Notes: a model not told the origin generated them from the sequence alone. 64,000 nt of DNA from Gammaproteobacteria bacterium (GCA_965215365.1 CBDCDS010000003.1:1408001-1472000), one strand, 5' to 3'. Counted from the first letter of the stretch, positions 11,171 through 21,411 are shown. Numbers and translations are program-made.

Positions 11171-11177
11171 TGCCTGA
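10701..11177 (+). CDS. Membrane-anchored beta-layer coiled-coil protein (DUF1640/CCDC90-like head-stalk-anchor)
   Basis: Helical head, 8 [LM]ATKxD motifs in 9- and 13-aa units, C-terminal TM after ETRMIKW. Confidence 0.8.
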   Translation: MSSAALYKAFIDAGASEQKATLAAEDVVQVSQLPQLATKSDMLVLEANMATKADISDMATKSDIADMATKADIADMATKADIAALEANMATKADIADLEARMATKSDIAVLEANMATKADISALEVNMAKLETRMIKWMVGSGLIYTSIIIAGFSLLA

Positions 11178-11360
11178 AGCACGCCCCGTCTGGCCCACTG
11201 CGTTGGTTTAAGACCGCACAAGCCAAAAACAACTTGCCAACAATTTCAAACTAATCCCCAAACTAATCCTGTACAATAACCGATATTATGCTAGCATATC
11301 GGTAATACAGTTGCAGCCCAATCAGCCGGCGCACAGGAAAACCACAAAAACCACAATATG

Positions 11361-11389
11361 TTGACATTCCTGCAAACAGCAACTACTAT
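11361..11389 (+). promoter_or_regulatory. Sigma70 promoter of RTX gene
   Basis: TTGACA-17 bp-TACTAT; GAGG RBS before ATG 11443. Confidence 0.65.
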
Positions 11390-11442
11390 ATAGCGTTATA
11401 TTCGTCACCCTGGCCCAGAAGACGCAAGAGAGGACACAAGTT

Positions 11443-14400
11443 ATGGCAACTATCAACGAAACGCGAGATGCAGCGCAAACCTCCGCCACTTCTTACAGCA
11501 TGACAGTTGGCGACACCTTCATCGGTGTGCTCAGCCAGAAATTCGATGTGGACTGGATCAGGATCACCCTCGAACGCGGTGTCGCCTACGAGATTGGCCT
11601 TGAAGGTCGTGGCGACGCGCCGGCGAAGGCGGAAGATACCATCCTGAGGCTTTACAACGCCAACGGCGTGCAGGTGGGCATCAACGATGATATCGACACC
11701 CGGGGCGGCATCTTCGATTCCCGGCTCAGCTACACCGCCCCGGCCAGTGGCACCTACTACCTCAGCGCCAGCAGCTTCGCCGCCAACCCCACCCGGGACA
11801 ATTCCGGTGACTACGCCCTCACCGTGAACCTGGCCAAGGCGGCTCCACCGACCACGCCGACCCCGACCACGCCAACACCAACTACGCCAACTGCGCCAAC
11901 TACGCCGACGCCGACCACGCCGACCCCGACCACGCCAACCGCACCGGTGTCTGTCACTGGAGAAGAGCGCACCGGCACCTCTGGCAACAATACACTGACC
12001 GGCACCGACAGCAACGATACCTTGCGCGGACTGGGCGGCAACGACCGACTGGAAGGGCTCGGCGGCGCCGACTGGCTCGACGGCGGTACCGGCAACGACA
12101 CCCTGCAAGGCGGCCCTGGCGCCGATACGCTGATCGGCGGCTCCGGCAACGACATCGCCACCTACCTTGATTCCGCACAAGGCGTCACCGTGCGACTGCA
12201 CAGCCGCTCAGCCGCCGGCGGCGATGCCCAAGGCGACAACTTTGCCGGCAACGCCACCTTCACCTACACCGACGGCGGCGCTCGGACCACGGTAACGGTG
12301 ACGGACATTGAGTACCTCACCGGTTCCGACAACAACGACATCCTGGCTGGCGACCAGCGCGCCAACATCCTGCGCGGCGGCGCCGGCAACGACAGAATAT
12401 ACGGCGGCCCCGGCGGTGATGACACCAACGACGACCGCATGTTCGGCGAGGACGGTAACGACATGATGTGGGGCGGTCGCGGCGACGACCGCATGTACGG
12501 CGGCGCTGGCAACGACATACTACGCGGCAATGACCATAACGACATCTTAGAGGGCAATGACGGCGATGACATGCTCTATGGCGGTGCTGGCAATGATGAG
12601 CTGGACGGCGGCGATGAAAACGGCAGAAATGAAGACAACAACGACGGCAACGACAGGCTGTTTGGCGAAGCCGGGAACGATGAGCTGTATGGCGGTGGCG
12701 GGGATGACGCGCTGGACGGCGGCTCCGGCAATGATGAGCTGTATGGGGGCTATGGTAAAGATACCCTGACCGGCGGTTCCGGTCGGGATGAGCTCTATGG
12801 CGGCGAGGGTGATGACACCCTCGACGGTGGCCGGGATGATGACGAGTTGTTCGGCGGCCCGGGGCAGGATACTTTCAGGTTCCGTCGCGGCGACGGCGAT
12901 GATGTCATTGAAGACTTCACGCCGGGTGAAGATCGCATCGACCTGCGCGCCTTTACCAACATTGCGGGTATTGACGACCGCGACTTGGACATCAGAACGC
13001 TTAACAATGGTGATGTTGAGATCCGCCTGCCCGGCGGCGGCACGATTGAGCTGGACGATGTGTCCGGCCTGGAGGCCGAGGATTTCATCTTTGTCGGTGA
13101 GGCTACCGACGGCGACGGTGATGACGATGACGATGACACCACCACCCCTGACGATGACACCACCACCCCCGTAGTCGGCAACACCGATCCCGACCGGCTG
13201 CACGGCACCGCCCGGGATGACAACTTCGATGGCGGCGGCGGCAATGATGTGCTGTACGGTGCCCGCGGCAACGACATTCTCACCGGCGGCGCCGGTAAGG
13301 ACAGCTACGAAGGCGGCCCGGGGAATGACATACTGGAAGTGGATTATGCTGATTTTACCGATGGCAAGGCGACCAGTCCCGGCGACCGCGTCGAGACCGG
13401 AGTGATAGACGGTGGCCCAGGCCATGACACCTTGTCGTTCCGGCTGTTCCGGGATGTGGATGGAGATCGGGATGGGGTGAGGATAACGGCGGCGGGTCAG
13501 GTCACCTACAGAGGCACGGCAACGGATACAGGCAACGCTAACAATGGCGTCGTCGCAGCCGGCCTGTTCAGAGGCATTGAGCATTTTATCGGCAGCCGCT
13601 ATGACGACGTAATCACCGGCAATGCCAACTCGAACGTGATAGAAGGCGGTGACGGGGGTGATGCGTTGGATGGCGGGACCGGTATGGACACCGTATCTTA
13701 CCGCAGCTCACCGAGCAGCGTGACCATAAACCTGGGCGCTAATGCAGGAGCTCGCGCCCGCAAAGGCGACGCAGCCGGTGACACCCTGATGAACTTTGAA
13801 AACATCATCGGCTCTGCCTTCGATGATATTCTGACCGGCGACGCTATGGCTAATGTCATCGAAGGACTGGCCGGCGCCGATACCCTGGATGGTGGTGCTG
13901 ACAAAGACACCTTGTCTTACGTCAGCTCCAATGCCGCAGTCACTATTGACCTGAACAAGGGCACCGGTGATTTCAGCGATAACCATAACACTATCAAAGA
14001 TGCCAGTGGCGGCCATGCGGCCGGCGACAAAATTAAATTCGAGTCCTTCGAAAATGTCAGAGGCTCTGCCTTTGGCGACCGGATTACCGGCGATAACCGT
14101 GACAACATGTTGGAGGGCGGCCCCGGCGCCGACCGGCTCGATGGCGATGACGGCACAGACACCGTCACCTACGCCAATGCTGCGGCGGGTGTCACTGTGG
14201 ATTTGAGCTCAGTTACAGAGAGCAACGGCGTCACCACCATCCGCAACAGCAGCGGCCGCGGCGAGGCCCGGGGCGATACCTTTATCAATATCGAAAAGTT
14301 TATCGGTTCGCGCTACGACGATTTCTTTTATGCCGGGCCGAAAGAGGACGACATTGATGCCGGCGCCGGCATAGACACCATTTCCTATGAGCGTTCCCGC

Positions 14401-17022
14401 AGTTATGCTGTGGTAGTGGATTTGAGTGCTTTTGACGGCATGCAACGCACAGCCAGGGAAACGGGTAATACCAATCCTTACGAAGTGCGCGATAAGCTCG
14501 TCAATATCGAGAATATTATCGGCACCGATGTCATGAACCCCAACAGGCATACTGATACTACCAATGACTACCATGACCAACTGACCGGTAATGACCAGCC
14601 CAACAGGATAGAAGGACGTCGCGGCGATGATAGCCTCGTCGGCGGCGGTGGCAATGATACCCTCATCGGCGGTCCCGGTAACGATACGCTCACCGGCGGT
14701 GCGGGTGATGATACCTTCGTATTCAGGTCCGGCAACGGTAATGATACCATTACCGACTTCACCACAGGTAACAACAAGCTGGATCTTGGCAACAGTGGCA
14801 CTATCAACTTCACTGCGAGACAAAGTGATAGCAGCACTTATGCCACTGTTAGGTTGGGCAGCAGCCAGATTACACTTACCGGTATCGATGTGACCGCTCG
14901 AAACGATTTCGATGAAACCAACTTAGTCTTCAATGACCGCATTGTCTCGTACCGATTGACAGTTGATCTCATTTCCGAGACTGATTACCTCATAATTTGG
15001 GGCGGGCCTGGCGATGACCGTCTCACCGGCGGCCGCGGCGCCGACCGCTTGTATGGTGGCAGCGGCAATGATGTAATCAATGGTCAGGCCGGTGGTGATA
15101 TGCTCGATGGTGGCGCTGGCATAGATACCCTGTCTTATGCGGATTCACCACAACGCGGTGGAGACCGCGCGGCTAATGGCTACATATCGGGCGTGACCGT
15201 AACGTTGAACACTTCCGCAGCGGGCGAGGGCACTTATGCGCAGGGGGATACGTTTGCCAACGGTGGTAATTTTGAAGACCTCATTGGTAGCAGTCGTGAT
15301 GACAACCTCACCGGCGATGGTATGGCTAACGTCATCGACGGCGGCGGCGGCAACGACACCATAATGGGCGGCGGCGGCGCCGATACGCTCAAAGGTGGCA
15401 GTGGCAACGATGTGATTACTGGCGACGGCGACGACAAAGTGGAAGGCGGCTCTGGCAGAGACCGGCTGATGGGCTCTGGCACCGACTTTTTATCCTATGA
15501 AGGCTCCGGTTCCGCCGTGACCGTAGATTTGAGTGACCTGACTACTCTGAGTCTGACGGCCGCTCACCCTAAACTGTCCACAGAAGGAACAGGCGATTCA
15601 GTGCGTGGCGTCATCAAAGTCAGCCGCGGCGACGCCACCGGCGACATTGCCACCGGCTTTAATCACGTCATCGGCGGCCGCGGCGCCGATGTGCTGACCG
15701 GTAATGGTGAAGCCAACATGCTGCATGGCATGGGCGGCAACGATGCGCTGGAAGGCGGCGCCGGCAACGACACGCTGGAAGGCGGCGCCGGCAACGATAC
15801 CCTCAAGGGCGGCGCCGGCGATGATACCCTGGAAGGCGGTCCGGGCGCCGACAAACTTGAAGGCGGCGAGGGCGGCGAAACCGATGGGGATGTCGCCACC
15901 TACGCCAACGCCGCAGCCGGTGTCACCGTTGACCTCAGCGGCGGCAACGCCGGTCGCGGCGACGCCGCCGGTGATACGTTTGAAGATATAGAGCGGTATG
16001 TAGGCTCCAAGCACAACGATATTTTCATCTCCGGCAGGAGTACTGACGGTGACAATATCGACGGTGGAAAAGGCTCAGACACCGTCTCATATATCAGGTC
16101 TAATGTGGGTGTCACAGTCACCCTGGTCTCTAATGATGGAAGTACACCTCAAAGCGCCACCAGCAATGGTTACGCCAGCGGAGATACATTCAACAGCATC
16201 GAAAATGTTATCGGTTCCAACCATGACGATAATCTGACTGCCGGAAACAGTGGCAGCGTCCTCACCGGCGGCAGGGGTGATGATGATCTGACTGCTGGCG
16301 CGGGTGCAGATACCTTCGTATTTTCCTCTGGCGATGGCGATGACATCATCCGTGGATTTACCGTCACAGGAGGGACAGCAGATAAAATCGACCTGAGCGC
16401 TTTTACCAGCATTGCCTCCCTGGAAGATCTTAAAGACTCCAACAGGAACGATACCGACTTTGATGAGCGAGGAGGTAACACAGAGATCGATCTGCCGGGC
16501 GGCGGTGAGATAACGCTCATCGGGCGCACCGGCCTGACCGCCGATAACTTCATCTTCTACACCAAGCCCATCAGCGGCAGCATCGGCGACCGCTTCAACA
16601 ACGAAATCAACGGCGGGCGCGGTGATGATGCCCTCTACGGCGAAGGCGGTAGAGACACCCTCAACGGCGACGCCGGCGATGATGAAATCTACGGCGGCGA
16701 GGATAACGACACCCTCAACGGCGGCCCCGGCAACGACTGGCTCGACGGCGGCCCGGGCAGTGATACCTTCGTGTTCGAACCAGGCGGCGGGAATGATGTG
16801 ATTATGGACTGGGAAGCGGGCGACAAGATCATTCTGAAAGATTTCAAAAATGCGGAAGGGGATGCTGCTGAACTCTCAGATTTTATCCTGACAGATTCCA
16901 CCCCCACCAGTGATGACTCCGATTACGTAATCAACCTGGAAGCACAGGGCGGGGGCACAATCACCATTCTGGGCGCTACCAGTTCGGATATAAACACTAG
17001 TAGTGACATCATGATTATGTAA
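11443..17022 (+). CDS. Large RTX (hemolysin-type Ca2+-binding repeat) protein with N-terminal PPC-like domain; probable type I secretion substrate/adhesin
   Basis: Dozens of GGxGxDxL nonapeptides; N-terminal DTILRLYN..NDD..DSRLSYTAPASGTYY..GDYALTV; Pro/Thr linker; no Sec signal peptide; no Cys seen. Confidence 0.88.
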   Translation: MATINETRDAAQTSATSYSMTVGDTFIGVLSQKFDVDWIRITLERGVAYEIGLEGRGDAPAKAEDTILRLYNANGVQVGINDDIDTRGGIFDSRLSYTAPASGTYYLSASSFAANPTRDNSGDYALTVNLAKAAPPTTPTPTTPTPTTPTAPTTPTPTTPTPTTPTAPVSVTGEERTGTSGNNTLTGTDSNDTLRGLGGNDRLEGLGGADWLDGGTGNDTLQGGPGADTLIGGSGNDIATYLDSAQGVTVRLHSRSAAGGDAQGDNFAGNATFTYTDGGARTTVTVTDIEYLTGSDNNDILAGDQRANILRGGAGNDRIYGGPGGDDTNDDRMFGEDGNDMMWGGRGDDRMYGGAGNDILRGNDHNDILEGNDGDDMLYGGAGNDELDGGDENGRNEDNNDGNDRLFGEAGNDELYGGGGDDALDGGSGNDELYGGYGKDTLTGGSGRDELYGGEGDDTLDGGRDDDELFGGPGQDTFRFRRGDGDDVIEDFTPGEDRIDLRAFTNIAGIDDRDLDIRTLNNGDVEIRLPGGGTIELDDVSGLEAEDFIFVGEATDGDGDDDDDDTTTPDDDTTTPVVGNTDPDRLHGTARDDNFDGGGGNDVLYGARGNDILTGGAGKDSYEGGPGNDILEVDYADFTDGKATSPGDRVETGVIDGGPGHDTLSFRLFRDVDGDRDGVRITAAGQVTYRGTATDTGNANNGVVAAGLFRGIEHFIGSRYDDVITGNANSNVIEGGDGGDALDGGTGMDTVSYRSSPSSVTINLGANAGARARKGDAAGDTLMNFENIIGSAFDDILTGDAMANVIEGLAGADTLDGGADKDTLSYVSSNAAVTIDLNKGTGDFSDNHNTIKDASGGHAAGDKIKFESFENVRGSAFGDRITGDNRDNMLEGGPGADRLDGDDGTDTVTYANAAAGVTVDLSSVTESNGVTTIRNSSGRGEARGDTFINIEKFIGSRYDDFFYAGPKEDDIDAGAGIDTISYERSRSYAVVVDLSAFDGMQRTARETGNTNPYEVRDKLVNIENIIGTDVMNPNRHTDTTNDYHDQLTGNDQPNRIEGRRGDDSLVGGGGNDTLIGGPGNDTLTGGAGDDTFVFRSGNGNDTITDFTTGNNKLDLGNSGTINFTARQSDSSTYATVRLGSSQITLTGIDVTARNDFDETNLVFNDRIVSYRLTVDLISETDYLIIWGGPGDDRLTGGRGADRLYGGSGNDVINGQAGGDMLDGGAGIDTLSYADSPQRGGDRAANGYISGVTVTLNTSAAGEGTYAQGDTFANGGNFEDLIGSSRDDNLTGDGMANVIDGGGGNDTIMGGGGADTLKGGSGNDVITGDGDDKVEGGSGRDRLMGSGTDFLSYEGSGSAVTVDLSDLTTLSLTAAHPKLSTEGTGDSVRGVIKVSRGDATGDIATGFNHVIGGRGADVLTGNGEANMLHGMGGNDALEGGAGNDTLEGGAGNDTLKGGAGDDTLEGGPGADKLEGGEGGETDGDVATYANAAAGVTVDLSGGNAGRGDAAGDTFEDIERYVGSKHNDIFISGRSTDGDNIDGGKGSDTVSYIRSNVGVTVTLVSNDGSTPQSATSNGYASGDTFNSIENVIGSNHDDNLTAGNSGSVLTGGRGDDDLTAGAGADTFVFSSGDGDDIIRGFTVTGGTADKIDLSAFTSIASLEDLKDSNRNDTDFDERGGNTEIDLPGGGEITLIGRTGLTADNFIFYTKPISGSIGDRFNNEINGGRGDDALYGEGGRDTLNGDAGDDEIYGGEDNDTLNGGPGNDWLDGGPGSDTFVFEPGGGNDVIMDWEAGDKIILKDFKNAEGDAAELSDFILTDSTPTSDDSDYVINLEAQGGGTITILGATSSDINTSSDIMIM
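11845..11946 (+). repeat. Pro/Thr linker tandem repeat (PTTPT)n within RTX gene
   Basis: Imperfect 15-bp units such as ccgaccacgccgacc. Confidence 0.85.
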
Positions 17023-17059
17023 CCACCCGCCCCAAAACACGCTCCATCCTCACCCTCGC

Positions 17060-17106
17060 TCGTCATACCGGCCATGGATTGGCCGGTATCCAGTCACAGG
17101 GATGTG
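17060..17106. repeat. REP-like palindrome (second copy 62840-62886)
   Basis: tcgtcataccggcca(t/g)ggattggccggtatcca..cac..gga.gtg at both sites, each just downstream of a stop codon. Confidence 0.8.
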
Positions 17107-17236
17107 AACACAAGCAAAGCTCGAAAGTTTACACAGCAAGACACCCACTCCCCAAACCCAACCGGGGACGGCTTAAAACCCGTCTCCTTTCCCCGATCCC
17201 AACAAGGTTTATCGATTGTCGTAGCGACCGGGTTGG

Positions 17237-17889
17237 TTACCCGAGCAAACTGAAACCGGCGATAATAATGCTGGTGTAAATCAAACCACTGCCCACCATC
17301 CATTTAATCAGTCGAGTTTCCAGCTTTGCCATATTGACTTCCTGGGTTGACATACGGGCCTCCAGAACTGAAATATCAGCCTTGGTTGCCATGTTGGCCT
17401 CCAGAACTGCGATGTCAGACTTGGTTGCCATATCCGCAATGTCAGCCTTGGTTGCCATGTTGGCCTCCAGGACTGCGATGTCAGCCTTGGTTGCCATATC
17501 TGCAATATCAGCCTTGGTTGCCATATTGACCTCCAGGACTGCAATGTCAGCCTTGGTTGCCATATCTGCAATGTCAGTCTTGGTTGCCATATTGACCTCC
17601 AGGACTGCGATGTCAGTCTTGGTTGCCATATCTGCAATGTCAGTCTTGGTTGCCATATTGACCTCCAGGACTGCGATGTCAGTCTTGGTTGCCATATCTG
17701 CAATGTCAGTCTTGGTTGCCATATCTGCAATGTCAGTCTTGGTTGCCATATTGACCTCCAGGACTAACATATCAGACTTCGTTGCCAGTTGCGGTAGCTG
17801 GGACACTTGGACAACTCCGCGGCCAAGGTGGCCTTTTGTTCCGATGCGCCGGCATCGATGAACGCTCTGTACAGGGCGGTACTGCTCAT
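17237..17889 (-). pseudogene. Second copy of the beta-layer coiled-coil membrane protein gene, frameshifted; right arm of the inverted repeat (arm extends to 18009)
   Basis: ATG 17889 (MSSTALYRAFIDAG...). A 4-bp deletion relative to copy 1 (gcggag[gatg]ttgtcc) near 17815 shifts the frame; the downstream frame has 13 ATKxD motifs and the same TM. Confidence 0.82.
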
Positions 17890-18014
17890 TCGGGTATCCT
17901 CCGTAATGGTTGTTATCTGTTTCGTTCCAGGTCGGAAAGCCTTTTCATTCCCGTCCTTTCAGGGTCAAGCTACCACTCGTTATCGGGGTTGTCAACAGTA
18001 TTTTTGTATCATAC

Positions 18015-18043
18015 GGTAACCTCTAAAAATGCCCTCCGTGGCA
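18015..18043 (+). mobile_element. MITE family 1, terminal fragment
   Basis: ggtaacctctaaaaatgccctccgtggca matches the left end of the full copies. Confidence 0.75.
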
Positions 18044-18106
18044 CATAAGCAGACACGGAAACGGAAAAAAGATGGCATAAACACACGTTCAAAAGCAATA
18101 CTTCTC

Positions 18107-18812
18107 CTAACATTGTATATGAATTGAACCTGGACAGAAAAGTTTCAGCCTCACATCCCCGCTTATCAATTTTGGCAGCAAGGTATCCCGCAGGTTTTCG
18201 AGATTTTGGATTTGGGCGTTGTTGGTTATTATCTTTTCAAATATCTTCAGGACAGGTAATTTTTCAGTTTCGTTTTCCGGGGGAAATTTCTGACATGCCA
18301 ATCCGTTCAGGTATCTTCAGGACAGGTAATTTTTCAGTTTCGTTTTCCGGGGGAAATTTCTGACATGCCAATCCGTTCAGGTAATCACCGATACTATCCA
18401 AGGGTGCTGCTTGCCAGTGTGCTTTTGCGCCTTTTGTAATGGTCTCTCTTGGGTTTACCTCTGCTACCTCCCCCAACCTCACCTCCCTCCACCCCTCCGG
18501 CCTTCTCGCTTCCTCCTGCACCACCACATACTTCTCCCTGATAGTCTCCTTGAAGCTCTCCGGGATGCTTTCCCAATCCATCACGTCCACCGAGATCAGC
18601 AAGTCGCTTTCTTCCAGCGCTTCCTTGAGATCGTAAATCTCTATTGGGGTACAGTCGAAAATGGCCAGGTCCAGGTCGGAGGTTTCTTTGGCTTTCTAGG
18701 TGGCACGGGAGCCGTAGGCCCAGACGGTTTTGTTGGGGATATGTTGTTTGAGGATGCTGTGGAGCAGGTTGAGTTGCTCCGCGTCCAGATCAATCAACCT
18801 TTCTCTGCTCAT
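18107..18812 (-). pseudogene. hsdS: Minimal nucleotidyltransferase (MNT)-HsdS fusion, degraded
   Basis: ATG 18812: ...WAYGSRAT*KAKETSDLDLAIF (in-frame TAG 18696-18698), then PEGWREVRLGEVAEVNP, YLNGLACQKFPP and LRDTLLPKLISG; far too short for HsdS; contains a 70-bp duplication. Confidence 0.8.
18242..18381. repeat. Perfect 70-bp tandem duplication
   Basis: 18242-18311 is identical to 18312-18381 and frameshifts the hsdS remnant. Confidence 0.95.
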
Positions 18813-18969
18813 TCCCAAGTAATCATGGTTTGATAAATTTCAGAGGCATCCAGGATGAAGTCTCCTATTTTTCTCAACGCATTCTCTGCTTTTTCCATAC
18901 TGTAATCATGGGATGTATCAATTCTTGTTTGGGCATAGTCAAATAGCCGCTCCAAGATGTCTTTATCTA

Positions 18970-18985
<16 letters not shown>
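18809..18985 (-). pseudogene. 3' fragment of HI0074-type HEPN (nucleotidyltransferase substrate-binding) gene
   Basis: [15 protein letters not shown]...RIDTSHDYS (Rx4HxY); stop overlaps the MNT ATG (ATGA); 5' part missing. Confidence 0.7.
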
Positions 18986-19749
<764 letters not shown>

Positions 19750-19820
19750 AAGGTGGGAAATTATAGATTAAAGACCCACGGATAGTAATATGAAAAGGTG
19801 TGCCAGTGGCACATGTTTTT

Positions 19821-19979
19821 CTACTGGATTCCTGCTTTCGCAGGAATGACGGTCTTGGCGCTCTCGTTCAGGGCCAAGGCGTCGTAAAACGCAATCTCAT
19901 CTGCATCTAGGCCGTCTGATGCGACCAGAACGCCATTGTAGCAAAACAGGCTGGGGATTGTTTCCTTAAGAGTGGCCAT
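19821..19979 (-). pseudogene. hsdR: Collapsed hsdR remnant (52-codon in-frame mosaic)
   Basis: MATLKETIPSLFCYNGVLVASDGLDADEIAFYDALALNESAKTVIPAKAGIQ*: HsdR N-domain-like IPSLF.YN..LV.SDG joined to C-terminal DUF3387-like GL..DE.AFYDAL. Confidence 0.7.
19824..19850. repeat. REP-like hairpin (GGATTCCnGC..GCnGGAATGAC type)
   Basis: ctggattcctgctttcgcaggaatgac; related degenerate pair at 56617-56705. Confidence 0.7.
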
Positions 19980-19990
19980 GGGCGCTTGAG

Positions 19991-21226
19991 TCAGGTCCAG
20001 AGGAAGGCCAAGGGTACTGCGTGCAGTTTATCCCCGAAAGGTATAACCCTGTCGCCGGTGTAGAGCAGGGCGCCGCCAGCAAATTTCTCGCCCAGCGCTT
20101 CCTGCAGTTTGCGCAGGCCCTTGAAGTCGGCATTGACTACGGTACCGGAGGCTTTTACCTCAATGCCGGCCGCGGCAAGCGCGCTGCGTTGTATCACGAT
20201 GTCCACTTCCAAGCCATAGCGATCGCGGAAATGGTGGAAGCTGTGGCGCTGCGGGTGCGCGCTGGCCTGCCGCTTGAGTTCCTGTAATGCAAAAGTCTCA
20301 AGGATGTGGCCAAGTAAGGAGCGATCCGCGCTCAGCGCTTCAGCATTCAAACCCAGCAACGCACAAATCACCCCCGTATCAGCAAGGTGTAGCTTCGGAG
20401 TCTTCACCAGCCGCTTCAGGTGATTATTATGCCAAGGCGAGAGCCGTTCCAGCAAAAACATCTTTTCCAGCAGCGCCAGGTAGCTCTGTATGGTCAACCT
20501 GTTAAGTTGGAAAGAAGCTGCCAGATTATTCACGTTTAATAACTGAGCAGTGCGCGCCGCGGCCAACTTCAGCAACCGCGGCAAGGTTTCAAGAGATTGA
20601 ATTTCCATAATGATGGACGCATCGCGTTCTATCAGAGTTTCAATGTAGGCCTGGTGCCAGTTGGCCCGCCTAGTGGGCGCCCGGCGCAAGGCAGTCGGGT
20701 AGCCTCCCGCCAGCACGCGCCTGAGCACCCGCTCGTCAAACGGTGGCTCTTGACGTATGGACGAATCCGAAGCAAACAGAAAATCCAGAAACCGGGGCGC
20801 AGTGCATTCAAGTTCATTTTGTGAGAAAGGATGCAGTCTTACCATGTCCATGCGCCCGGCCAGCGATTCTTTTATGTTCCTCATTTGCAACAGGTTTACC
20901 GAGCCGGTCAGAATAAAGCGGCCCGGCACGCGGTCCTGATCAATGAGTAGTTTGATGGATGGGAACATGCCGGGCGCCAACTGCGCTTCATCTAGGATCG
21001 CACGGTCCGGCAATGATTTTACGAAACCACGCGGATCTTCCGCAGCATAGCTGCGCGTGCCTTCGTCATCAAAAGTGAAATACTGATAACCCTCAGACTT
21101 GCCTACCATCCGAGCAAGCGTCGTCTTGCCACACTGGCGCGGCCCCTGTATCAGAACAGCCGGAGAATCAGCCAACGCCTCCATCAGGCGTGGCTGAATA
21201 TGACGTTGGTAGAGGTTGTCAGTCAT
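19991..21226 (-). CDS. AAA_14 ATPase with C-terminal DUF4143 (PD-(D/E)xK-like) domain
   Basis: GPRQCGKT, ILDEAQ, FILTGS, ESLAGR, KTPKLHLADTG, EVDIV...IEVK. Confidence 0.9.
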   Translation of the reverse strand: MTDNLYQRHIQPRLMEALADSPAVLIQGPRQCGKTTLARMVGKSEGYQYFTFDDEGTRSYAAEDPRGFVKSLPDRAILDEAQLAPGMFPSIKLLIDQDRVPGRFILTGSVNLLQMRNIKESLAGRMDMVRLHPFSQNELECTAPRFLDFLFASDSSIRQEPPFDERVLRRVLAGGYPTALRRAPTRRANWHQAYIETLIERDASIIMEIQSLETLPRLLKLAAARTAQLLNVNNLAASFQLNRLTIQSYLALLEKMFLLERLSPWHNNHLKRLVKTPKLHLADTGVICALLGLNAEALSADRSLLGHILETFALQELKRQASAHPQRHSFHHFRDRYGLEVDIVIQRSALAAAGIEVKASGTVVNADFKGLRKLQEALGEKFAGGALLYTGDRVIPFGDKLHAVPLAFLWT

Positions 21227-21252
21227 AGGGTAAAGTTGTTAATTGTCAGTAC

Positions 21253-21358
21253 GGCTGATTGTTAGTCAACCCCCTGGCTGATTGTTAGTGTAGTGCATGG
21301 CTGATTGTTAGTCAACCCCCTGGCTGATTGTTAGTGAAATGCTCGGCTGATTGTTAGT
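21253..21358. repeat. Five direct repeats GGCTGATTGTTAGT, 9-bp spacers, 23-bp period
   Basis: Exact copies start at 21253, 21276, 21299, 21322 and 21345. Confidence 0.95.
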
Positions 21359-21411
21359 TTCCCCTGTGATTGGTGGCAATTTTCAGGGCAGTCCAAAGCC
21401 CCCTGCAACCC

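Noticed and set aside
17161-17190. RAYT-associated REP (ggggacggcttaaaacccgtctcc)
   Set aside because: Single degenerate hairpin with no second copy or RAYT gene in the window; more simply a terminator-like hairpin between convergent genes.
17237-17806. 189-aa ORF as an intact independent gene starting at GTG 17806
   Set aside because: No RBS at that position; homology to copy 1 extends upstream to ATG 17889 through a frameshift. Low-level restart cannot be excluded.
10701-17889. Diversity-generating retroelement (TR/VR pair) or IS-based composite transposon
   Set aside because: Mismatches between copies are not adenine-specific, no reverse transcriptase or transposase is present, and the arms have no recognisable TIRs or target duplication.
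21253-21358. CRISPR array interpretation of the 14-bp repeats
   Set aside because: Repeats (14 bp) and spacers (9 bp) are too short, two spacers are identical, and there are no cas genes in the window.
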